Source of the DNA: an uncultured Acidimicrobiia bacterium
GTDB lineage: Bacteria; Actinomycetota; Acidimicrobiia; Acidimicrobiales; AC-14
Direction of reading: 5' to 3'
DNA: 64,000 nucleotides
NCBI GenBank assembly: GCA_963836205.1
Contig: CAWIIV010000007.1
Span: 160,001 to 224,000, forward strand
Below, in pieces: positions 1-9,786 of this stretch; position 1 is the stretch's first letter, and each line of letters opens with the position of its first letter. The translations under genes were made by a program, and so were the position numbers. The notes under the pieces are model-generated. The model searched no databases and was not told the origin of the DNA. It saw nothing but the letters and a program-made list of their open reading frames with translations.

Positions 1-2883
1 CCGCGCGGCGGCCAGCTCCGGTCCCACCTCGCAGATCGGGGCCGGTTGCAGCTCGGCCAGGTAGGCCAGGAACCGGCTCATCCCGCCTGCGGTGTGGTGC
101 TCGGTGAGGCGGTAGGTGGTGAGGACGTAGGGGAAGACGTCGGCCCCCGGCTGGCCCGCGGTGGGGTTGGGACGGTTGCCCCGGCGGCGAATCTCCTTCC
201 GGGCCGGGTTCGACTGCTGGCCGTACAGGGGGTTGGCGATCGGGGACTCGTGGGGCTCGTAGTGGGTCGGCAGGGGGCCGTCGACCAGGCCCGTGGGCGC
301 GAACAGCCACCCCTTCCCGTCGCCTTGCATCATGAACGGATCGGTGCCGGCGACGGCGGCCAGCCCGCCCGCCCCGTCGGGGGGGCGGTAGTCGGGCCGC
401 TTGTCGGGCGGGAAGTCGGGCACGTCGGGTCCGGCCCATTCCCCGTCCGCCTCGTCCCACCACAGGTACTTCTTGCGCTCCGACCACGGCTGACCTGTCG
501 GGTCGGCCGATGCCCGGTTGTAGAGCATGCGCCGGTTGGCCGGCCACGCCCACGCCCACTCGGCCGCCACCCAGTCCTGCTCCGAGCCGGGCTTGCGCCG
601 GGCCGTCTGGTTCACGCCGTCGGCGTAGCAGCCGCAGTAGATCCAGCACCCGCAGCGGGTGGAGCCGTCGGCGGCCAGCTCGGTCGAGGCGGACAGGGGC
701 GTGCCGTCGGCGCGCCACCCGTTGATCTCCTGGAGCACCGCAGCCGCGCTCGGCTCCGCGTGCGGCCCCTCCACCGGATAGTCCCAGGTCAGCTGGAGCA
801 ACGGGCGGTCGCGCCGGTCGGTCGACCCGGCCAGCTTCGACCGGATGATCCGGCCGAGGTGGTAGGCGAACCAGAGGTCGGACCGGCAGTCGCCGGCCGG
901 CTCCACCGCCTGGTGGTGCCACTGGAGCAGGCGCTGGGTGTTGGTGAAGGTGCCGTCCTTCTCGGTGTGGGCAGCGGCGGGGAGGAGGAAGACCTCGGTG
1001 CCGACGTCGGCGGTGGCCAGCTCGCCCGTCTCGATCTCGGGCCCGTCGAGCCAGAAGGTGGCGCTCTCGATCTCCACCAGGTCGCGCACGACCAGCCAGT
1101 CGAGCTGGGCCAGGGCCAGCCGGTGCAGGCGGCTGTTGGACGAGCCCACCGCCGGGTTCTGGCCGAACAGGAAGTACCCCTTCACCGTGCCGTCGAGCAT
1201 GCCCAGCATGGTCTGGTAGGCGGAGTGGTCGCCGGTGATGCGGGGGAGGTGGTCGAAGCAGAAGTCGTTGTCGGCGCTGGCGTGGTCGCCCCACCACGCC
1301 TTGAGCAGGCTCACCAGGTAGCCGTCGACGTGGGCCCAGGCCCCGGCCGACTTGCCCCGGGCGGCGAGGTACGAGGCGAGGTCGCCGTGCAGGGCGGCGT
1401 GGGGCATGGCCAGGTAGCCGGGGAGGAGGTCGTAGAGGGTGGGGATGTCGGTCGACCCCTGGATGCTGGCGTGGCCCCGCAGGGCGAGGATGCCGCCGCC
1501 GGGCCGGCCGATGTTGCCCAGCAGGAGCTGGATGATCGCCGCGGTGCGGATGTACTGCACGCCGACCGTGTGCTGGGTCCAGCCGACGGCGTAGCACATG
1601 GCGGTGGTGCGCTCCCGGCCGGAGTTGCGGCACAGGGCCTCGGCCACGTGGAGGAACTGGTCCCGGGGCACCCCGCAGACGTCCTCGACCACCTCGGGCG
1701 TGTAGCGGGCGAAGTGGCGCTTGAGGACCTGGAACACGCACCGGGGGTGTTCGAGGGTCGGGTCGGTCTGGGGCGGCTTGCCTCCGACGGGCGGGCCGTG
1801 GGCACCGTGCTGCTGGCCCTGGGACGCCTCCGTCTCGACGTCGCCCTGGCGGGCAGCGGGCGCCTGGCCCGCGTACTGCCACGAGGCGTTGTCGTAGGAG
1901 CGGGTCTCCGGGTCCCAGCCGGAGAAGAGGCCGTCGAGGTCCTCGGTGTCCCGGAAATCCTCGCTCAGGATGGCGGAGGCGTTGGTGTAGGCCACCACGT
2001 AGTCCCGGAACTCCCGGCCGTTCTGGAGGATGTGGTTGACGACCGCCCCCAGGAAGGCGATGTCGCTGCCGGCCCGGATGGGGACGAAGACGTCGGCCAC
2101 CGCGCTCGTCCGTGAGAACCGGGGGTCGACGTGGATGACGGTGGCGCCCTTGAGCTTGGCCTCCATCACCCACTGGAACCCGACCGGGTGGCACTCGGCC
2201 ATGTTCGACCCCATGATGAGGATGCAGTCGGAGTTGGCCAGGTCCTGCTGGAAGGTGGTGGCGCCTCCCCTGCCGAAGGATGTCCCCAAACTGGGCACGG
2301 TGGAGGAGTGTCATATGCGGGCCTGGTTCTCGATCTGGACCGCACCCAGGGCGGTGGCCAGCTTCTTGATGAGGTAGTTCTCCTCGTTGTCGAGGGTGGC
2401 GCCGCCGAGGCTGCCGATGCCCATGGTGCGGCGGACGGGCCGGCCCTGGTCGTCGGTGTCCTGCCACGTCTCCCGGCGGGTGGCGATGACCCGGTCGGCG
2501 ATCATGTCCATGGCCCGGTCGAGCGGAAGGTCCTGCCAGGCGGTGGCGTGCGGCGGGCGGTACTTCACGGTTGTGAGCCGGGACGGGCCCGTGACCAGGC
2601 TCTTGGTGGCCGAGCCCTTGGGGCACAGGCGCCCCCTCGATATCGGGCTGTCGGGGTCGCCCTCGATCTGGGTGACCTTCCCGTCCTTGACGAACACCTT
2701 CTGGCCGCAGCCGACGGCGCAGTACGGGCAGACCGACTGGACGACCTTGTCGGCGTCCTCGGTGCGGGGATGCACGTGGTCGGTGCGCTCGGACCGGACG
2801 GCCCGGCCGAGGCCGAGGGGGTCGCCCTCGGTGAGCTGCCGCACCACCGGCCACTTCCCGAGCAGGCGCCCAAGTTCGGTCAC
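1..2883 (-). CDS. Selenocysteine-containing formate dehydrogenase alpha subunit (FdnG/FdoG-like molybdopterin oxidoreductase), 3' end outside window
   Basis: 4Fe-4S motif CPYCAVGC...CPKG. ENQARI-TGA(2311-2313)-HSSTVPSLGTSFGRGGATT continues in frame through GSNMAECHPVGF to the C-terminal domain LTTYRLTEHHTAGGMSR at the window edge. Probable GTG start at 2883. Confidence 0.93.
2262..2310 (-). promoter_or_regulatory. Bacterial SECIS-like hairpin immediately 3' of the Sec UGA
   Basis: Minus strand reads TGA CACTCCTCCACC GTG CCCA-GTT-TGGG GAC...GGGGAG: an apical stem with a G-containing loop at the position used by fdnG-type SECIS elements. Codons AGT and TTG are unusual for this GC-rich gene. 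Confidence 0.65.
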
Positions 2884-2959
2884 TGGCGCCAAGTCTGCCC
2901 CCCCGCCCGCGCTCGTGACACCCCCTTTCGGTGTCGCAGGTGGTCGGTAGGCTTGGGTT

Positions 2960-3508
2960 GTGGCCCTCCGGACCCGTCTGAGCATCGAGGAGTTCCTTCG
3001 CGGCGACTGGCCGCCTGGCGCGCAGCTCATCGACGGCGAGGTCATCGTGAACGACCCCGCGCTCCGGCACCAACGGATCTGCAAACGGTTCCTCATCGCC
3101 CTCGACCGGTGGACAACGAAGGGCGAAGGCCGGGGCGAGGTCGGTTGGGGCGGCAACTGGGCCGTCGCCCCGGGCCAGCTCTACAAGTCCGACGTGTGGT
3201 GGGTGCCTGCCGACCGCACCCTCGACGACCTCGCTCCCCGCCACGACGTGCCGCCGGCGCTGGTGGTCGAGGTGCGCTCACCCGGCACCTGGCGCTTCGA
3301 CGTCGGCCGCAAGAAGCAGGTGTACGAGTCGGCCGGTGTGCGCGAATTGTGGCTGGTCGACACGCCGGTTTCGACCGTGCTCGTCTTCCGCCGCGGCTCG
3401 CCCGACAGCGCCGGTTTCGACGAAGATGCCGAGGTCGGGCCGAGCGACACGCTCACGTCTCCGCTCCTTCCGGGGTTCGTGCTCGAGGTCGACGCCGTCT
3501 TCGGCTGA
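2960..3508 (+). CDS. Uma2/DUF820 family PD-(D/E)XK-like endonuclease
   Basis: LSIEEF..., QLIDGEVIV, HQ, LVVEVRSP, KKQVYESAGVRELWLVD and terminal LTSPLLPGFVL are typical of the family. Confidence 0.88.
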   Translation: MALRTRLSIEEFLRGDWPPGAQLIDGEVIVNDPALRHQRICKRFLIALDRWTTKGEGRGEVGWGGNWAVAPGQLYKSDVWWVPADRTLDDLAPRHDVPPALVVEVRSPGTWRFDVGRKKQVYESAGVRELWLVDTPVSTVLVFRRGSPDSAGFDEDAEVGPSDTLTSPLLPGFVLEVDAVFG

Positions 3509-3510
3509 CG

Positions 3511-3600
3511 TCAGGCCTCGGGCCGGAGCGTCGGGAGGCAGATCACGTCCCGGATGTTGAGGGCGTCGGCCGGGAGCATCACCGGGCGGTCGATGCCGAC
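3511..3600 (-). pseudogene. Degenerate duplicate of the last 30 codons of lysS
   Basis: Translates VGIDRPVMLPADALNIRDVICLPTLRPEA* versus lys[30 protein letters not shown]. About 70/90 nt identical to 6705-6794 by hand alignment. Confidence 0.88.
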
Positions 3601-3641
3601 AGGTGGCAGACGACCGACCACTTCCCGAGCAGGCGCCGCAT
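3601..3641 (-). pseudogene. Degenerate duplicate of the 5' end of the fdh alpha gene
   Basis: MRRLLGKWSVVCHL versus fdh GRLLGKWPVVRQL. 3618-3637 is a perfect 20-nt copy of 2851-2870. Confidence 0.75.
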
Positions 3642-3720
3642 GCCGCCGCCGCGCCAGGCCTGCCCCTTTGGTCGCCACCCGGCGCAGTGTCTTGGGCGTA
3701 TCAGGCTGGATGGTCGCGGA

Positions 3721-6697
3721 TCAGGCTGGCTTGTCGGGCGGTTGGAGCTGGTCGCGGACCGTTCGCTGGTCTCCGGTGAGCCGCTCGTCGGTGGCGGAGA
3801 GCAGCCAGGCCAAGTCGCGGTCGTAGACGTCCTGAGCGCTTTGCTCGTTGTCCAGATCCCGGAGGGTGTTGAAGAGGTTCCAGGCGGAGACGGTCGTGTC
3901 GGGGTGCTCGGCACCGAGGACCCGCCGCCGGACGTCGAGCACCTCCTCGTGCAGGGCCCGGGCCCCGGCCGCGTCTCCCACGGCCCGCAGGGTCACGGCC
4001 AGGTTGTTGGCCGACATGAGTGTGTCGGGGTGCTCGGCACCGAGGACCCGCCGCCGGGCCTCGATCACCTCCTCGTCCAGGGCTCGGGATCCGGCCGCGT
4101 CGCCCACATCCCGTAGAGTCGCGGCCAGGTTGTTGGCCGACATGAGGGTGTCGGGGTGCTCGGCCCCGAGGATCCGCCGCCGGGCCTCGAGCACCTCCTC
4201 GTGCAGGGCTCGGGCCCCGGCCGCGTCGCCCACATCCCATAGAGTCGCGGCCAGGTTGTTGGCCGACATGAGGGTGTCGGGGTGCTCGGCCCCGAGGATC
4301 CGCCGCCGGGCCTCGAGCACCTCCTCGTGCAGGGTGGGCTCGGGCCCCGGACGCGTCGCCCACAGCCCGCAGGGTCTCGGCCAGGTTGCTGGCCGACATG
4401 AGGGTATCGGGGTGTTCGGCACCGAGCACCCGCCGCCGGGCGTCGAGCACCTCTTCGTTCAGGGCCCGGGCCCCGGCCGCGTCGCCCACAGCCCGCAGGG
4501 TCTCGGCCAGGTTGCTGGCCGACATGAGGGTATCGGGGTGTTCGGCACCGAGCACCCGCAGCCGGGCCTCGAGCACCTCTTCGTTCAGGGCCCGGGCCCC
4601 GGCCGCGTCGCCCACGGCCCAGAGGACCACGGCCAGGTTGCTGGCCGACATGAGTATGTCGGGGTGCTCGGCACCGAGGACTCGCCGACGAGCGTGGAGC
4701 ACCTCCTCAAGCAGGGCCCGGGCCCTGGCCGCGTCGCCCACAGCCCATAGGGTCACGGCCAGGTTGTTGGCCGAGGTGAGGGTGCCGCGGTGCTCGGAGC
4801 CCAAGGTGTCCCGGGCCAGGATGAGGACCGCTTCATCGATACCGCGGGCGCGCCGGAAGAGGCCTTGGCCCGACAAGAGGAGGCCCACGGTGGCCCCCAA
4901 CTCCCAGGCGGATCTGGTCGCCGACCCGGGCGCCGTCGCCCGCGCCCGTTCGAAGAGGGCCTCGGCGTGGGAGAGGCAGGCCGTGAGGAGGGGCCAGCGA
5001 GAGGGGTCGCGGCACGTATCGGGGTTCATGACCCTGAGGAGGCCGGCGCATGCGGTCGCCAAGTCGGCGCTGTCGCCGGGCGACTGGGCCCGGAGAAACG
5101 CGGCCAGGACGCGGTGCATGGTGCCGAACATCGGGATGGCGGACCCTTCCGCGGGGCGGGACACGAGGGAGCGGCTGACGAGGGTGGCCCGCACCCCTCG
5201 ATCGCTCGCCTCGGGCCCGAGGGCTTCCAGCACGGCCACCGGGACAGGTGCGGGGGCGAGCTGGGCCAGCAGCCGGGCCGCGACCTGGACCGCGGGCGGC
5301 AAGTTCGCGTACGACATCGCCAAGGCCTCGGTGATCCCCCGGAGCGATCCCGGCGGCACGACGCCCGCCAGGGCCCGGGCGCTCTCGTCCAGTGCCGTCA
5401 CGGGGTCGTCGGCGTCGGCCATGGCCACCAGCTCGTCCGGCTCCAGCACGCCCTCCCGCAACGAGGCGTTGAGCAGCTCAAGGGCGAGTGGCAGGTGGCC
5501 CACCCACTCGGCGACGCGCCGCCGGGCGTCGGGAAGGATGTGGCGATGCGGCGGGAGTTCGCGGACGAGGAGGGCGACCGCGGGCTCGGGCGCCAGTGGC
5601 TCCACGCGCAGCGACCGAATCCCGGCGATCACCGATTGGTGGGCCCGGGAGGTCACCAGCAGGGCCACGTCGCCCATGGCGGGACACCAGGTGGTGAGGG
5701 GTCGTTGAGCGACATCGGGCCCCGGCTCGGGGACGTTGTCGACCACGTACAGGACGGGCGGGCCGGTCCGGTCGGCGAGGGCGGTGCCGGCCTCCCGGGC
5801 GACGTCTCGGCCGGCCTCCCGCATCGCCAGTAGGGGTGGGGTGTCCGGCACGAGCGTGGAAAGGATGCCGTGGAGCTGCTCCTCCAGCCGGTCGTCGCCG
5901 TCGGCGTTGACCCAGAACACGCCCCCCCGGTACCCGCGCCCGAAGCGGTGGACGTACTCGGTGGCCAGGCGGGTCTTGCCGAACCCGCCGCCTCCCTCCA
6001 GGGCGCCGGTGAGGGCGGCGGCGGTGATGTCGCCCCGAAGGGTGGAGAGCTGGTGGTGAATCCGCCACAGCTCGTCGGCCCGACCCACGAAGGCGTCGCC
6101 GATCGACACCCGTAGCTCACCGGGGAGGAAGTAGCGGGGGATGCCCGCCAGGCTGCGGGCGGGCGGCACGGCCGACTCCTCGAGCACGGTCTCGCGCACC
6201 GCGACCAGCTCGCTCAGCCCCGCGAGACGCTCCCCCACGGTGGGCGTCACCGTGCCCAGGCGCCGCTCGACCAGCGCCACCAGAGCCGCCGTGTCCGTCG
6301 CCGGGCACCAGTTGGTGGCTCGCAGGCGCGGCGGGAAGCGGTCGAGCTCGTCGGCGTGCTCGGTGCCCACCGCGACCACCACCGGCTCCAGCGCCTCGGC
6401 CCGCCGGTCGGGCGGCGCCCCCCGCTCGACCAGGGCATTGAAGGCGGCGAGGGCCACGTCGAGCTCCCGGAGGCAGTACCAGCGGCGGAAGTAGGTCGGC
6501 TCCGCGAACACCACCACCACCCGGGCTCCGAGCAGGGCGTCGACGATTCCCGACGGGACCTGTTCGCCCGCCTCGACGTCGGCGACGTCGAAGTAGGCCC
6601 GCGACCCCAAAGCCTCCGCCAGCGCACGGGCCTCGACCGCCGATGCCTGCCGGGAGTAGGAGATGAAGACCTCCCACCCCGCCGCCGGCGCCGCCAT
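3721..6697 (-). CDS. TIR + STAND/NB-ARC NTPase + TPR-repeat (NLR-like) protein, frameshifted within the TPR array
   Basis: N-terminal VFISYS...WYCLREL (TIR with catalytic-type Glu), Walker A GGGGFGKT, Walker B LYVVDNV, then 42-aa repeats (LGAEHPDTLMSASNLA). A 4-nt insertion near 4335 splits the gene between ORFs 3701..6697 and 3721..4422. Confidence 0.87.
3880..4830. repeat. 126-bp tandem coding repeats (TPR units, about 8 copies)
   Basis: Anchor ggccgacatgag at 4009, 4135, 4261, 4391, 4517, 4643 and a variant at 4769: spacing 126 except one of 130. Confidence 0.92.
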
Positions 6698-6704
6698 GTC
6701 GGGC

Positions 6705-8099
6705 CTACGACTCCGGGCGGAGCGTGGGGAAGAGGATCACGTCGCGGATGTTCGACGCGTCGGCGAGGAGCATGACCAGGCGGTCGATGCCGATGCCCAG
6801 GCCGGCCGTCGGCGGCAACCCGTACTCGAGGGCGCGCAGGTAGTCGTCGTCGACCGCCATGGCCTCGTCGTCACCACCGGCCTTGGCCGCGGCCTGGGCC
6901 TCGAACCGCGCCCGCTGGTCGTCGGGGTCGACCAGCTCGGTGAAGGCGTTGGCCAGCTCCCGGCCGGCCACGATGGCCTCGAAGCGCTCGGTGAGCTCGG
7001 GGTCGTCGCGATGGCGGCGGGCCAGGGGCGAGACCTCGGCCGGGTAGTCGAGGACGAACACCGGCCCCCACAGCTTGGCCTCGGTGGTCTTCTCGTAGAC
7101 CTCGAGGACGATCTTGCCCGGCCCCCACGAGTCGTCGGGCTCCACGCCCACCGACCGGGCCACCGCCCGCAGGTCGTCGATCGCCATGTGCACGTCGACG
7201 TGGACCCCGGCGTGCTCCTCGACCAGGTCGGTGAGGGTGGCCCTCCGCCAAGGCGGGGTCAGGTCGAGGTCGCGGCCGCCGTAGGTGAGCCGCAGGCCGC
7301 CGGCCGCCACCACCGCCACCTCGGCCACCAGCTCCTCGGTGAGCTTCATGAGGTCGACGTAGTCGGCGTAGGCCTCGTACAGCTCGAGCATGGTGAACTC
7401 GGGGTTGTGGCGGGGAGAGATGCCCTCGTTGCGGAACACCCGTCCGATCTCGAACACCTTCTCGAAGCCGCCCACCACCAGCCGCTTGAGGTAGAGCTCG
7501 GGGGCGACCCGCAGGTAGAGGTCGAGGTCCAAGGCGTTGTGGTGGGTGACGAAGGGCTTGGCCAGGGCGCCGCCGGGGATGGGGTGGAAGATCGGCGTCT
7601 CGACTTCGACGAAGCCCCGATCCTCCAGCCGCCGGCGCAGGAGGCTCACCACCCGGCTGCGGAGGAGGAGGGTGTCGCGGGCCTCGGGCGTGGCGAACAG
7701 GTCGACGTACCGTTGGCGGTAGCGGGTGTCGGGGTCGGCCAGGCCGTGCCACTTGTCGGGGAACGGGCGGCGGGTCTGGGCCAGCACCACCCAGTCGTCG
7801 ACCTTCACCGACAGCTCGCCCCGACGGGTGGTCATGACCTCGCCGGAGACGCCGATCCAGTCGCCCAACGAGAGCGCGGCGAAGTCCTCGAACCGCGGCG
7901 TCGCCCCGGACCGGGCGAAGAGCTGGATGCGGCCGGACGAGTCGGCCAGCGTCCCGAACGCGACCTTGCCCTGGTCCCGCCGGAGCATCAGCCGCCCCGC
8001 CACCGACGCCGTCTCTCCCGTCTCGATCCCCGGCGCCAGGTCGCCCCACCGCTCGTGGAGGTCGGCCGCGGTGTCGGTGCGGTCGAACCGGTACGGCAC
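6705..8099 (-). CDS. lysS: Lysine--tRNA ligase (class II)
   Basis: OB-fold N-terminus, [55 protein letters not shown]. Confidence 0.97.
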   Translation of the reverse strand: MPYRFDRTDTAADLHERWGDLAPGIETGETASVAGRLMLRRDQGKVAFGTLADSSGRIQLFARSGATPRFEDFAALSLGDWIGVSGEVMTTRRGELSVKVDDWVVLAQTRRPFPDKWHGLADPDTRYRQRYVDLFATPEARDTLLLRSRVVSLLRRRLEDRGFVEVETPIFHPIPGGALAKPFVTHHNALDLDLYLRVAPELYLKRLVVGGFEKVFEIGRVFRNEGISPRHNPEFTMLELYEAYADYVDLMKLTEELVAEVAVVAAGGLRLTYGGRDLDLTPPWRRATLTDLVEEHAGVHVDVHMAIDDLRAVARSVGVEPDDSWGPGKIVLEVYEKTTEAKLWGPVFVLDYPAEVSPLARRHRDDPELTERFEAIVAGRELANAFTELVDPDDQRARFEAQAAAKAGGDDEAMAVDDDYLRALEYGLPPTAGLGIGIDRLVMLLADASNIRDVILFPTLRPES

Positions 8100-8166
8100 C
8101 CCTACCGAACGGTGACGTTTTCGGTGGCCAGGGCGACGTTTTCCGTCACCGGTTCGTCTGCAGCGG

Positions 8167-8928
8167 TCATCGGTTCAGCTCGTAGATCAAGCGGAGGCCG
8201 TGGAGGGTGAGCCACGGGTCGTGGCGCTGCACGCACTCCGACAGGGGGGCCATGAGCTCGCCCAGGCCGCCGGTCGACACGATCATGCACGTCCCCAGCT
8301 CGGCCTCGAAGCGCCGGCACAGCCCGTCGACCGCGGCCGCGAACCCGAACAGCACGCCCGATTGGATCGACTCCGGCGTGCTCTTGCCGATGACCCGCTT
8401 GGGCGGTACCAGCTCGACCCACGACAGGGCCGCGGCCCGCTCGAACAGGGCGTCGAGGCTGATCTCGATGCCCGGCAGTATCGCCCCCCCGAGGTACTCG
8501 CCGACGGCCGACGTGGCGTCGATGGTGGTGGCGGTGCCGAAGTCGACCACCACCGTGGGCCCGCCGTAGAGGTCGAAGGCGCCCACCGCGTTGGCGATGC
8601 GGTCGGGTCCGACCTGGCGGGGGTTGTCGTAGAGGATCGGCATCCCGCTACGGGTGCCGGGCTCCAGCACCACCGCCGGGAGGTCGAGGTAGCGGCTGGC
8701 CATCTCCCGGAGGACGGCAGTGAGCCGGGGGACGGTGCACGACACGACCAGCCCGGTGAGGTCGGCCAGGGCCGAGCCCCGCTGCGAGAGGAACTGGATG
8801 AGGAGCAGGACGTGTTCGTCGGACGTGCGCTCGGCGTTGGTGGCGATGCGCCAGGTGTCGAGCAGCTGGTCGCCGTCGTAGAGACCGAGGACGGTCTGGG
8901 TGTTGCCGGCGTCGATTGCCAGGAGCAT
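8167..8928 (-). CDS. coaX: Type III pantothenate kinase
   Basis: [33 protein letters not shown]. Confidence 0.96.
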   Translation of the reverse strand: MLLAIDAGNTQTVLGLYDGDQLLDTWRIATNAERTSDEHVLLLIQFLSQRGSALADLTGLVVSCTVPRLTAVLREMASRYLDLPAVVLEPGTRSGMPILYDNPRQVGPDRIANAVGAFDLYGGPTVVVDFGTATTIDATSAVGEYLGGAILPGIEISLDALFERAAALSWVELVPPKRVIGKSTPESIQSGVLFGFAAAVDGLCRRFEAELGTCMIVSTGGLGELMAPLSECVQRHDPWLTLHGLRLIYELNR

Positions 8929-8944
8929 CAGGGGCGGTCGCGGC

Positions 8945-9781
8945 TCAGCGGAGGTCGAGGCCGATGTCGAGCGTGGGGGCGGAGTGGGTGAGGGCGCCCA
9001 CCGAGATGAGCTGGGCCCCGGCCGAGGCGTAGGTGGGCACGTTCTCGAGGGTCACCCCCCCGGACACCTCCACCACGCCCTGGTAGCCGGTGGTCCGCAA
9101 CACCGCCACGACATCGGACACCTGGCCCGGCGTCATGTTGTCGAGCAGGACCAGGTCGGCGCCGACCAGCGCCGCCACCTCCGCCTGACGGAGGGAGTCG
9201 CATTCGACCTGGATGGGCCGGCCCGGATACAGGTCCCTGGCCTTGGCCACCGCCTCCTCGATGGAGATGCCGAACAGGTGGTTGTCCTTGAGCAGGATGC
9301 CGTCGGACAGGTTTCCCCGGTGGTTGAGGCCGCCGCCCGCCCGCACCGCCGCCTTCTCCAGGGCCCGCAGGCCGGGCGTGGTCTTGCGGGTGTCGCGGAC
9401 GTGGGCGCCGGGGGACGCGGCGTCGGCGTAGCGGCGGGTGAGGGTGGCGATGCCGGAGAGGTGGCAGAGGAAGTTCAGGGCCGTTCGCTCGGCGACGAGG
9501 ATGCTGGTGAGGGTGCCGGTGACGGTGGCGACCGGCTGGCGGGCGGAGACCCGATGGCCGTCGTCGGCCCACCAGTCGACGTGAACGAGGGGGTCGACCT
9601 GGGCGAACGCCTCGGTCGCTGCCAGCCGGCCAGCCAGCACTCCGACCTTGCGGGGCACGATGTCGGCGGTGGCCTTGGCGTCTTTCGGGAGGAGGGACGT
9701 GGTGAGGTCGCCCAGGGGCCCGATGTCCTCGGCCAGGGCCCTCGCCACCGCTTCTCGCACCGCGTGGATGGGGGGATGCAC
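8945..9781 (-). CDS. nadC: Nicotinate-nucleotide pyrophosphorylase (carboxylating)
   Basis: ALAED..GDLT, ERTALN, DTRKTTPGLR, LKDNH, LLDNM, EVSGG. Confidence 0.96.
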   Translation of the reverse strand: MHPPIHAVREAVARALAEDIGPLGDLTTSLLPKDAKATADIVPRKVGVLAGRLAATEAFAQVDPLVHVDWWADDGHRVSARQPVATVTGTLTSILVAERTALNFLCHLSGIATLTRRYADAASPGAHVRDTRKTTPGLRALEKAAVRAGGGLNHRGNLSDGILLKDNHLFGISIEEAVAKARDLYPGRPIQVECDSLRQAEVAALVGADLVLLDNMTPGQVSDVVAVLRTTGYQGVVEVSGGVTLENVPTYASAGAQLISVGALTHSAPTLDIGLDLR

Positions 9782-9786
9782 GGCGG

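Noticed and set aside
46-2115. 689-aa plus-strand ORF and many similar long antisense ORFs across the window
   Set aside because: Shadow frames of GC-rich minus-strand genes; no recognisable motifs.
3880-4830. Regularly spaced repeats resembling a CRISPR array
   Set aside because: They are 126-bp in-frame TPR coding units with no unique spacers and no cas genes.
3511-6794. Prophage or integrative element with attL/attR in lysS
   Set aside because: No integrase, the repeat is only about 78% identical, and it is joined to an fdh remnant; better explained as a junction duplication.
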